Shown: piece after piece, positions 35,401 to 45,452 of the stretch | Numbering within the stretch: position 1 is the first letter of the stretch | Layout of the letters: the number at the start of each line of letters is the position of its first letter | Source: Azolla caroliniana | Lineage: Eukaryota; Plantae; Polypodiophyta | DNA length: 64,000 nucleotides | Direction of reading: 5' to 3' | Assembly: GCA_043228905.1 (NCBI GenBank) | Contig: JBHGNT010000011.1 | Coordinates: 16,368,001 to 16,432,000 of the forward strand | Made by a program: the position numbers and the translations under genes | The notes under the pieces: generated by a model | Told to the model about the DNA's origin: nothing | Database searches by the model: none | Seen by the model: only the letters and a program-made list of their open reading frames with translations

Positions 35401-37847
35401 GGCAAGGGACCGGTTAACACTCGAGGATCCGGCCGAAGACTATGAAGAAACAGAACCGGCCGAAGAAGATGAAAATGATACCGGAACCGGCCCCGATCCC
35501 GAAATGGACTTGGATGAAGAAGAATCGGAAGAACCGGTTGCCGAAGCTCCGGAACGGAGATATCCTCTAAGAGAGAGAAGGGCCCCCCGGAGATTTCCGG
35601 AACCAGAGCACGTGCTGCTAACCGACGAAGGGGAGCCGGAGAGCTTTGAAGAAGCAAAGCATGACACCCAGAGCCGCAGGTGGTTGAGTGCCATGCAGGA
35701 CGAGATGGATTCCCTGCATGAGAACCACACATATGAACTTGTGGAGTTGCCGAAAGGAAAGCGGGCACTTCGAAACAAGTGGGTGTTCAAGCTGAAACCG
35801 GGAGATGCCGGAAACCCCCCGAGATACAAAGCCAGGATCGTGGTGAAGGGGTTTCAGCAGAAGAAGTGCGTCGACTTCGACGAGATATTCGCCCCGGTAG
35901 TGAAGATGACCTCCATCCGGACGGTGCTGAGCATAGCGGCAAGCATGGACCTCGAGGTAGAACAGATGGACGTGAAGACGACATTCCTTCACGGTGACCT
36001 CGAAGAAGAGATCTACATGCAGCAACCGGAAGGATTCGAGAAGAAAGGGAAGGAGCACCTGGTATGCCGGTTGAAGAAGAGCCTTTACGGACTGAAGCAG
36101 GCTCCCCGGCAATGGTACCGGAAGTTCGACTCCTTCATGACCGACGAAGGGTACCACAAAACGCAGTCTGATCACTGCGTGTTTGTGAAGAAGTTCGAAG
36201 GAGGAGACTCTCTAATACTCCTCCTGTACGTGGACGACATGTTGATCGTCGGACGGGACCAGGTCAAGATACGGACGCTGAAGAAAGCACTTCACCGAAC
36301 CTTCTCAATGAAGGACCTGGGTCCGGCGAGGCAAATACTAGGGATGCACATCATCCGGGACCGGAAGAAGAAGCAGTTGTGGCTGTCACAGGAGAAGTAC
36401 GTGACAAAGGTGCTTCACCGATTCAACATGTCGGAAGCAAGACCGGTCGGGTCAACCCTCCCGGGAAACTGCAAGTTGTCCAGCAAGCAAAGCCCCAAGA
36501 CAAAGGCTGAGAAGGAGGACATGATGAAAGTACCATATGCCTCTGCCGTCGGAAGCTTGATGTACGCAATGGTGTGTACAAGACCGGACATAGGATATGC
36601 AGTTGGAGTGGTGAGCCGGTACATGAGCAATCCCGGCAAAGAGCACTGGAACGCGGTCAAGTGGATACTCCGATACCTGAAGGGCACGGCAAACGTGTGC
36701 CTCCGATTCGGCTCCGGTAAGCCCGAATTCGACGGTTTTACCGATTCGGATATGTCGGCTGATGCAGATACCAGCCGGTCCACATCAGGGTATGTGATGA
36801 CGTATGCAGGTGGAGCTGTTTCGTGGCAGTCGAGGCTGCAGAAGACGGTTGCGCTGTCAACCACGGAGGCGGAGTACATGGCGGCTGTTGAAGCCGGCAA
36901 GGAAATAATATGGATGAAGGACTTCATTAGAGAGCTCGGTATCCGGCAGGAGGAGTACCGACTCTACTGCGATAGTCTGAGTGCCATCCACCTTGCGAAG
37001 AACGCGGCCTACCATTCCCGGACGAAACACATCCAGCGTAGATACCACTGGATCCGGGAAAGGATAGAAGACAAGGAGTTCGTGCTGACGAAGGTCCACA
37101 CGGACAAGAACGGGTCGGATATGCTGACCAAGGTGCTCACACCCGACAAGCTGGAAGCATGCCGGAAGAGGATCGGACTGGAGAGACATCCCATGCCGAA
37201 GTGAAGGGGGAGTTTGTTGGGATTTCGGTCCCTCCGGATGGGATGTCCGGAGATGAATGACGGCAAGCCCGGTTGCGGTTACGGAGCCGGATGATGAAGA
37301 CCCCGGCTACGGAGCCGGATGATGAAGACCCCGGTTACGGAGCCGGATGACGAATGTACCCGGAGAGAGATCCGGATGCGGAGACATATTTATGAATATG
37401 TCTGCCAAGAGCCCTTGAGGCTATATTTGTAAATAGCCCGAAAGTCATATGTGTATAAATATGACTTAGGGCAAACAAACAGTTGTTGTTGCTCATTTTC
37501 TGTTTTCCACTAAGAGGGATTGAAGTGAGAGCAGCCGAGAGAGAGTGAGAGAGAAGGAGGAAGGAAGAGGTCGACGCCTCTGTGTAATACCGCCGCCTGT
37601 GGCGAGGACAACGAGCTCAAGGTCGTCGCCTTGCAGCTCGCCATTGTACATTCCCGCGTATAGTGATAGTTGGAGTCTTGCACTCCCGTGGTTTTTTTTC
37701 ATTTAGGGTTTTCCACGTAAAACATCCAGTGTGCCCTTCTCTCTATTGTTTTTTGTGCATTGTTGTATTTCCCGTTTTCTGTGAATCGATCCTGTTCCTC
37801 GGTTGTGGCCGAGCACGGAATTTCGACAAAGACACGGAATTTCGACA
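32467..37847 (+). mobile_element. Young full-length Ty1/Copia (Tnt1/Tork-like) nested in copy B
   Basis: 633-bp LTRs 32467-33099 and 37215-37847 differing at about 4 positions by eye; PBS TGGTATCAGAGC at 33103; PPT GAAGGGGGAG. Confidence 0.97.
33131..37204 (+). CDS. Intact Copia gag-pol polyprotein (about 1357 aa from MEGG)
   Basis: Uninterrupted ORF with CFHCGKPGHFRKNC knuckle, WVVDSGAS protease, WHKRLCH, HTDV...DNGGEY...NGLAER integrase, YVDD RT, and RNase H (FTDSD, TEAEY, SDMLTK). Confidence 0.95.
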   Translation: MEGGSSGQPGMMVLNAQNYADWKIKMEDLLIVRDLYEPIDRSEIPKGVLETEWRLLNRKAVATIRQYVDVSVLQHVANDTNAYEMWRKLSGLYERKNALNRTSLMRKIVNLKYLDGESMVEHVSTFMGFVNQLAAIKFPLEDAMQAIILMCTLPDSWENLVVTLSTSCTEDNLSLQTVKASILNEEARRRDKEPVSDQKMLLTESDRGRQWNRSPQRREKSGTRSQSRGRPTCFHCGKPGHFRKNCRHYRKDNGADDTDSKKSPERNGAYRGATDRRGPDRRGQDRKGTTALAASEEEIMLITEERELNLAGVEMTWVVDSGASFHLTPEKKYFSSYTAGEHGCVRMGNEGTCRIAGIGDVWLTTPTGCKMLLKDVRHVPEVRLNLISAGRLDDEGYTGSIRNGVMKFSKGSLIVARARKVNTLYLMNAWLCPEELNVAADTAGELWHKRLCHMSEKGMKRLAEDNLIPVKHVHLEKCTDCLAGKQNRTSFHSRPPTRRSAPLELVHTDVCQVETKSHGGAQYFVTFIDDHSRKLWTAPLKTKDQVLSVFKELHARVERESGKKLKAIRADNGGEYRGQFQEYCRSKGIRLEFTVPKTPELNGLAERMNRTIMERVRSMLAHAKLPKGFWAEAMSTATYVINRSPSVPLDGDTPQKVWTGKEVSYRHLKVFGCLAYVHVAKDRRGKLDPKTRPCIFLGYGDDEFGYRVWDPVDKKIFRSRDIIFMEDKTLADWESEKKMKSSKSTGEDQLYEEQSRPARDRLTLEDPAEDYEETEPAEEDENDTGTGPDPEMDLDEEESEEPVAEAPERRYPLRERRAPRRFPEPEHVLLTDEGEPESFEEAKHDTQSRRWLSAMQDEMDSLHENHTYELVELPKGKRALRNKWVFKLKPGDAGNPPRYKARIVVKGFQQKKCVDFDEIFAPVVKMTSIRTVLSIAASMDLEVEQMDVKTTFLHGDLEEEIYMQQPEGFEKKGKEHLVCRLKKSLYGLKQAPRQWYRKFDSFMTDEGYHKTQSDHCVFVKKFEGGDSLILLLYVDDMLIVGRDQVKIRTLKKALHRTFSMKDLGPARQILGMHIIRDRKKKQLWLSQEKYVTKVLHRFNMSEARPVGSTLPGNCKLSSKQSPKTKAEKEDMMKVPYASAVGSLMYAMVCTRPDIGYAVGVVSRYMSNPGKEHWNAVKWILRYLKGTANVCLRFGSGKPEFDGFTDSDMSADADTSRSTSGYVMTYAGGAVSWQSRLQKTVALSTTEAEYMAAVEAGKEIIWMKDFIRELGIRQEEYRLYCDSLSAIHLAKNAAYHSRTKHIQRRYHWIRERIEDKEFVLTKVHTDKNGSDMLTKVLTPDKLEACRKRIGLERHPMPK

Positions 37848-40241
37848 GGGCGTATGGTTCGTCGATTCCGGTGCCTCGAACCATATGACATCGCATCAAG
37901 AATGGTTCCGAGAACTTTGAGAGCCGGACCGACCCGGCTATGTTCCGTTCGGAAAAGAAGGTAAGAAAAATTACATTAAAAATGTCTGGCATGTACCGAC
38001 CATTACAAAGAATTTGGTCTCCGTCGGCCAAATTGTAGAGCAAGGGATGCAAGTTCGATTTAATCAAGGCGGTTGCTTCATCGAAAAAGAGGGCCGACTC
38101 ATCGCACGCGGACGAAGAGAGGGCCGGATGTTCAGTCTCGATTCACACGAGATGAAATCCGCCATGTTCGCGAAAAACACGAAAGCCGACTCCGACATAG
38201 AGCTATGGCATAAGGGAATTGGCCACATCAATCTCAACAAACTCAAAGCAATGAAATCGAAAGGAGTCGTCATCGGACTCCGAACATTCAAAGAGAAGGA
38301 GATTGAAGGTGTATGCGAAGCGTGCCAATTCGGCAAGCAACACCGACACCCATTTCCGAAGGAGCGGAATGTGAGCAAAGGCGTACTCGACGTAATTCAT
38401 TCCAATGTATGGGGTCTGGCTCAAACGGCGACATTCGGCGGTTGCCGATATTACGTGCTCTTCATCGACGACTTTTCTAGGCACACTTGGATCTACCCGA
38501 TGCGGCAAAAGAGCGAAGTGTTCGGACACTTCCAAAATTTCAAGAATGAAGTCGAGAAAGCCACGGGCCGACATGTATGATGCCTTCGAACGGATGGTGG
38601 CAAGGAGTACTTCTCGGACAATTTCACGACGTATCTCCGAAAGGAAGGAATTCAGTGAGAATTCACTTGCCGACACACTCCGCAACAAAACGGAGTAGCC
38701 GAGTGCAAAAATCGGCACATCCTCGAAGTAGCGCGGGCCATGATGAACGAGAAGCATATGCCCAAGTCATATTGGGCCGAAGCGGCAAATACGGCCATCT
38801 ACCTAATGAACCGGTGCACAACATCTGGCGTGCACGAGGTCACTCCGCACGAAAGATTCTTCGGAAAGAAGCCGAACCTATCACATGTTCGGATATTCGG
38901 CTCCATTGCGTACGTGCACATCCCCGACGAGAAGCGTCAAAAGCTCGACCCGAAGTCGGAGAAATGTACCCTCGTAGGATACTCACTAGAGCAAAAGGGG
39001 TACAACTGCTACAACCCCTCAACTCGAAAATCTCGAGTAAGTCGAGACGTTGTCTTTGACGAGTCCGCATCTTGGTACGCACCAGAGACAACTTCGACTC
39101 CGACCCCGCTCGACCCGGAATCCACCGAACAAGAGATAGAGGATGAAGATCACCTTACGCGCATGTTCGAAGAAAGTCCGATCACGACCCGACTGAGCGG
39201 ACCACAAGAGCCTTTGAGCGATCAAAGCACATCACGGCCTAGCCCGAAGATGGACAAAGGCAAGGCGAAAATGGCAGAATATGAAGACGATCGCTTCGAC
39301 GAAAATGAATCGACTCATTCACTCGACAGTGAGTTTGGCGGTTTCGAGGTACCAATCGGAGCAAAGAAATCCCTCATCTCTGCAAATGAAAAGCTCGGCT
39401 GATCCACTCGTGAAAAGAACCCCGTAAGCCGATTCGGCTACAACGATTATATGGCGTACCATTACGCCTTTATGATGAAGGTAGCGACAGTACGGGAGCC
39501 GGAAACCTTTTCGGAAGCCGCGAAGGACCCGATGGATCGAAGCAATGAACGAGGAGATGCAAGCACTACGGAAGAACGAGACGTGGGATCTCGTTCCCAC
39601 CTCACCACACAAAAAGGCAATCGGATGCAGATGGATCTACAAGGTGAAGTATAACGCTGATGGCTCCGTAAACCGCTACAAAGCTCGACTCGTAGCGAAA
39701 GGATACGCTCAGACGCATGGCGTCGACTACGAAGAGACCTTTGCCCCGGTGGCAAAGATGACGACGGTACGGACCGTAATTGCGATTGCTGCGGCGAAAG
39801 GGTGGCACCTCCATCAAATGGACGTCAAGAACGCCTTTCTACAAGGTGAATTAGAAGACGAGGTGTACATGATCCAACCACCCGACTTTAACTCGAGCAC
39901 TCATCCAAAAGCCGTATGCCGACTCAAGAAGCCACTCTACGGCCTCAAGCAAGCACTGTGTGCTTGGCATTCAAAGATAACACAATATCTTCATCAAATC
40001 GGCTTCCGTATGTCAAAATCGGACAACTCCCTCTACATATGAAGCGATTCCGCAAGTCCGATCGTCATCATCTTATATGTGGATGACCTAGTCATTGGAG
40101 GTGAGCATCTCGTCGAAATCACTAAGGTCAAATCCCTCCTTTCCGACAAGTTCGAGATGATGGACATGAAGGAGCTCCACTACTTCCTCGACATCGAGGT
40201 AATTCGGACTCCGGCCAGAATCATGATCTCTCAACAGCACT

Positions 40242-40303
40242 GGGTAAAAGCATGTGAGTGGAAACACTATTATAGCTAATTAGCTACTAAAATGGCCATA
40301 ACT
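40242..40303 (-). mobile_element. 62-bp terminal fragment of the Sola2-like element inside Copia B
   Basis: GGGTAAAAGCATGTGAGTGGAAACACTATTATAGCTAATTAGCTACTAAAATGGCCATAACT is the reverse complement of 24032-24093 with one mismatch, and follows the same CAACAGCACT target. Confidence 0.93.
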
Positions 40304-41427
40304 CGAGGGGTACACAGACGCCGATTGGGCCGGCTACAAAGCTGATAGAAGATCAACCCCGGATTTGTTTTCTCCCTCGGCAGCGGAGCAATATCCTGGA
40401 GTAGAAAGAAGCAGCCTATCGTTGCTCTTTCGAGTACGGAGGCGGAATACAGGGCCGCAGTCGTAGTTGCGTGTGAAGCTGTATGGCTCAAGAGGATTTT
40501 GAAAGATCTGGCCGTACCCATCAAGGATCCGACTTCCCTTTACTGTGACAACATGAACAGTATCTATCTGGCTCGAAACCTGGTGTTCCATGCACGGACA
40601 AAGCACATCGAAGTGCACTATCACTTCATCCGAGAGCGCGTTATGGCTGGCGATGTCGACCTACAACACATAAGCACCAATCTTCAAACGGCCGACATCT
40701 TCACTAAAGCCTTAGGAGCCGACAAGCTATGGCAATTCATGACCGATCTCGGATTGACGATCCCTGATCTGCCAAGCTTGAGGGGGAGTACTTAGGACAC
40801 TACGCAATAACACGTAGATTCCGCAACCACACACCATAGCAGCAAAGAGCCGATCTACCGCGCAAAGCCGCAAAGAAAGACGCAAGCCGAAGCACAGACT
40901 TCGTAACTACGCACAACGCAAGCTAGAGCACGGATTCCTCAACTCCGCATAAAGCGAGTCGACGCGGACTCCCGAACGTGAATTGAAGCGGATTTCGGAT
41001 ACCGTCTGAAACCAACCCGACTTGAGCTTGAGGGGGCGTGTTGAGAATCAAGCTCAACTTGGTCTAGTGTGTGAACTCACCTTGAGAGTGGAGACACCTC
41101 AACGGTCAAGAGTCACCATTATGTCACCACTTTGTATTCTAGCATTTAGTATGAGTCATAGAATCATATTCTATGACACATAACTTATGAGCTTTCACAT
41201 TCCCCATGCTCCATGAGCCTTATAGTTAACGAAGAGAGAGGGTGACTACATAAGGCACCCTCCTCCCATCTTGTATAATGTTGAGTCTTCTTCCTTTGTT
41301 AATATACTTTTACCTTGCATATTCCTTGTCTCTCTCTCACTCACTCTCTCTCTCTCTCTCTCTCATACACACACACATAACTCATATCTCTTCCGCTTCA
41401 CAAGAATCCATCTATTGATTCTTTACA

Positions 41428-41895
41428 ATTGCAAATTGTTACACACAAACATGCATATGCCTTATTTCTTGAATCTTTCAAATATAGATGACATGAATAC
41501 TATCAGTAAGACATCTTACTTGATATTGAAATAAATAGAAGAAGCAATCATGGGTGTATAGGTGAGTGGTCTTGATATTGAAATTAACAGAAGAAGGAAT
41601 CATGGGTGTATAGGTGAGTGGTAAAGCAATCGACTGTAGTTCGATAGGTCGTTATTCAATCCTACTTGTACCCTAAAGGAAGAAGAGTATAGATTACCTT
41701 CAACAACACTCACAACCTAAGATGATATGAATACTATCAACATGACGTATTCTTGGATATTGGAATAAACTAAAGAACCAATCATGGGGGCATAGCTCAA
41801 TGGTGGAGCAATCGATTGCAGTCTCATAGGTCATCAGTTTAATCCTCCTTGTGCCCTAAAGCAATTTCTTCCTCCTTGTGCCCTAAAGCAATTTG
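41428..41895 (+). repeat. Terminal, most degenerate monomers of the tRNA-Cys-derived array
   Basis: Cores at about 41604-41673 and 41786-41857. Confidence 0.85.
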
Positions 41896-41899
41896 AAGA

Positions 41900-42123
41900 A
41901 AGGCACATATTTTATGTGATCTTGCACCCATAACTTCTAATATTGTTCTCTAGGATCCCAAGTTATTCCAGACATTGGTCTCCTTTCCGTAATCCAAATT
42001 CTCCATAAAGAATTCACCTTTTGAGGATCCGTGTCTAAGACCCAATTTGATCCATCATTTGCAATCACCCTCACTTCTTTATGCAAACAAAACCTAAACA
42101 AATTATGTTCCTTAGGTGTAAAG
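41900..42123 (-). pseudogene. Probable degenerate L1-clade LINE ORF2 fragment
   Basis: Minus-strand translation ...DPQKVNSLWRIWITERRPMSGITWDPRE resembles the NPP...W...KPLECLKWDPAE segment of the adjacent L1. Confidence 0.4.
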
Positions 42124-43340
42124 ATTAACCTAGCATCATCTCGTACATAAAGAAATGGAAGGTGAATCCACCAGTCGAGGGGGTTGAGGAGGATTGGATC
42201 TTGTACGTGGTTGAAGGCAAGCCTCTTGAGTGCTTAAAATGGGATCCCGCTGAATATACGTGGAAGGGAGAACAAGATAAATCATTAAGTTTCTTCGAAT
42301 ACTTGACGCGCTTGGGGAGAAAGTTAGGTTGGTATCGTGAGAAGTGGGCCAACAAGTGGGCCCATGTAGCTGTCGATTCAGTCTTCGTGGATAGAACCAG
42401 GAGTAGGATATGGAACTCATCCCTTCCCGAGTGGGTCAAAGTGTTTTTCTGGTTAATCACCCATTGAGTTGTTCCAACGGGAGAGTGGCTTGGGAATAGA
42501 GGTGGCATGAGTAGGTGAAGGGCCTACATTGCGAGCTTGGAGGACATCGCACATTGTTTGTAGAGCTACCCACGAGCCCAAGAAATTTGGTTGAGGATCT
42601 TAAGAATCTTGGCTCGGTTCGGGGTTGAGGTTCATGTATCGAGTGCAACAGTCACTTGGTTGGCCACTGAATCTGCTTCATCGTTTCAAGGGTGGAATGG
42701 AAGTAGTCCTTCTTTAAAGGTGATGCAAGGAAATGTACAACCAGCGCAAGGAGGTTCATTCTTCTTACATGAACGCTACATGGACATATGGTTATTAGTG
42801 GTCGGCCTTACGGTTTGGCAAGTGTGGGTATCTAGGTGCATGGAGACTTTCGCAAGTAAGCGAACCCCACCGGCTGAGAATTTAGTGATGATCTGGTTTA
42901 ATCTTATTTCTACGTTACAAGGAGAGTTTGAAAGTCTTCAAGGGCCCTCTGACGCAAGTGAAGAAGCTAGAGCTCGGTTCCTTCTGAAATGGAGTGTTCG
43001 TCGATGCTGCAGATGGTGGATGGTAAAGCGAAGTGGAATTATCAACCACCACGGTGGTTGTTCCCTCCAAGTGTACCTAACATCTAGATGGGTGCTGCCA
43101 TGAGAAGTGAATGGAGGACGTCTATGCTGAATTTGGGTTGTATGAGGCTCACATGGAGAGTATGCATTCAGGTAATGCTATGCGCATCGAATGATGTGGT
43201 GTTTTGGAGTTGTTTTTGTTGTTTCCTCTACACATATTGTTTTCTTTCGCCATGCAAGATGGCTTGTAAGATATGAGTTGTAAATTATCCTATATACATT
43301 GCCTTAACTAATGGAAGTAGTTTGTTTTTTTGGAAAAAAA
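42124..43340 (+). mobile_element. 5'-truncated L1-clade LINE 3' end (zf-RVT region)
   Basis: IWNSSLPEWVKVFFWLITH...HLF zf-RVT-like motif, VWQVWVSRC motif, T-rich 3' UTR and a short A tail near 43334. Confidence 0.7.
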
Positions 43341-43823
43341 TCATACACTCTTGTTCCCCAATATAGGCTTTAACTCCAATTAAAACATCCAATGGAGTAA
43401 ATAAACCCATCCACTTCTATGTAGCAGATCCAATTTGCATCTGAATATTAGAAAGGGCATTTTGTATTGCGGAATACATTATCTTCCCACCCCTTATATT
43501 ACTAATCTGTAACATTTGTTTATCTATAGGTTTAGACAATAATAAATGTTCATACTTATTTTTTGGTGCTTGATTATGTCAATGTCATAAAGTTTGTATA
43601 CGCAATAATGTTCAACCTTTGGTTAGTTTTTTTATTGCAAATTCAAGAGGAACTTGTGTCAAGTCTATGATGTTACTAAAAGGATCGAATACTCTAGTTT
43701 TTGACATTTACTCTAAAAAATGTTTATTTTATTTGGTATGCGCTAAAAAAATTACATTTTCCAGTTGACATTTTCGCTTGTGGGAAAGTGGTCAATCAAA
43801 ATTTTGAAATTCCAAACAAAGAG

Positions 43824-44343
43824 AGATTTTGTTATTGTTATCAAAGGTCAAATAGGACCTACATGTGAAAGTCGGTAGCAAATTTACTGAATGTTGAAAT
43901 CAAGATTACACATTGCAAATGTGAGAGAAATTTATTCAAGGATTCAGTTTGGTCGAAAATGTGTGAAAAGCATAATCAAATGTGATCAAGGGTAGAGCAT
44001 TGTATCAAAGTGCGTAGATTCCTAAACTTGGTTCAAGCAATGTGTGTATTGTCAACTACTCTTATCACTTGTGCCCCAACCGCCCATGTCACATTGTAGT
44101 GTGTGTGAGCTAAATAGCATGGAAGCAATGGTTCGGATGGTAGACAATGGGATTCGCTCTAACATGAATTGGAGTGTGTGGTTTCCCAGTTCGGTGAAGA
44201 ATATGGTTTTGTATTTTGGTGCAACAAATGTATTATAACGTGTGGAGCGTGAGTCTCCACATTTTTCCCATCTCATGACCCATTGGCATTGCAAAAATGC
44301 CTCATTTACATAGGAATCTATGCAATGCATCATGAAGTAAGTG
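43824..44343 (-). mobile_element. Second, older RTEX-like LINE copy (3' part; continues at about 58052-58175)
   Basis: Colinear with 27830-28400 (AGGTCAAATA..., GAGTCTCCACATTT, AATGCCTCATTTACA); similarity resumes after 58051 (TATCTTGCATC...TTCTAGGAAGT). Confidence 0.85.
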
Positions 44344-45452
44344 TGTTGTTTCAGTTGAGAATCGTGACCGGCCACAACCGGTTGCTCATTCGTATATTCA
44401 GGCGAAGAAATCAAGATGAATGTGCATAGATAGAAAAACGACAGAAAACACGTTCGCGTTCACAAGTGGAAGGATTGCGCATTCCACTTGTAGAATCTTC
44501 TTAAAACGAAGCAAATACACCCTCTCTACAAAAATTGGATGCACTAGTATCACATGTTCCGCAACTTGATGAGAATTTGCAAATATAAAAATACATGATA
44601 GATCTACGAGTGGAGATCATTAGAAATCGTGCAAGTTTAGACACGTTGATAAGTTAATGTAGGCATAATAAAGTTCAACTATGGCTCAATATGTCACTAC
44701 TGTGCGACAAGGGAAACACTAACTTAAAGACTTATATTAATTAGGTAAGTTTTACAAAAATATCAGGTGTACTTGTATCCATACTAATAAAATGAGTTAT
44801 AATTTATACTTTGACCCATACGTGCATGTATGTAATTGTGGAAAATGTAGGATAGTGCACATTAGGATAAGTGATTGGAATAACTAACTTATTAAAGTAT
44901 TCAATACTTGTATTTAAAGTTGATCTAATCTATTCCTCAGTTTGTTCATATGGGATCAAACCATATGTATATAATTGTGGACAATGTAAGGCAGTGAACT
45001 TTAGGATAATGTCGTGGAAATAACAAACCTATTAGGCTTTCATACCTATATTTAAAATTGATCTACTCTATTGCTTAGGTGATTCACACAAGATCAAACT
45101 CCGAACGATAACGCAACTGGAACCATTATCAACACACTACACAATCTAAGTAGCAATGGAATAGAAACATAATAGTTTTAACAATAGAAGACAAAGATCC
45201 ATAATAACAACATGGACAGTCATGGCAACAATTATAGGCCCATGTTCTGTTAAGGTTAGCTTGGACCAAAATCAGCCTCAATTTAAACTAATTCATGTTT
45301 CTCCATAAATTTGGTAGTCAGCTATGCACGCGGTGAAACCAATGTCATAAATCTACTAACCAAGTATATAAAAATAAAATTGAAACATATAGAAGATTAT
45401 AAAGAATAGAATCCACTAGGTAAAACCCAAAATTTGTATTAATAATGTGAAA

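Larger units (their letters stand above)
31180..41427 (+). mobile_element. Ty1/Copia copy B (same family as A, defective)
   Basis: LTRs 31180-31560 and 41039-41427 (TG...CA); PBS TGGTATCAGAGC at 31561; PPT GAGGGGGCG; TSD ATTGT/ATTGC (native array reads ATTAATTGCAAATTG). gag at 31717-32466, fragmented pol at 37848-40795. Confidence 0.95.

Noticed and set aside
13234-41427. Inversion between the oppositely oriented Copia A and B to explain their shared junction
   Set aside because: Each copy keeps matching TSDs and the intervening tRNA monomers stay on the plus strand.
44815-45100. About 138-bp two-copy degenerate tandem duplication
   Set aside because: Ordinary subterminal duplication with no further structure.
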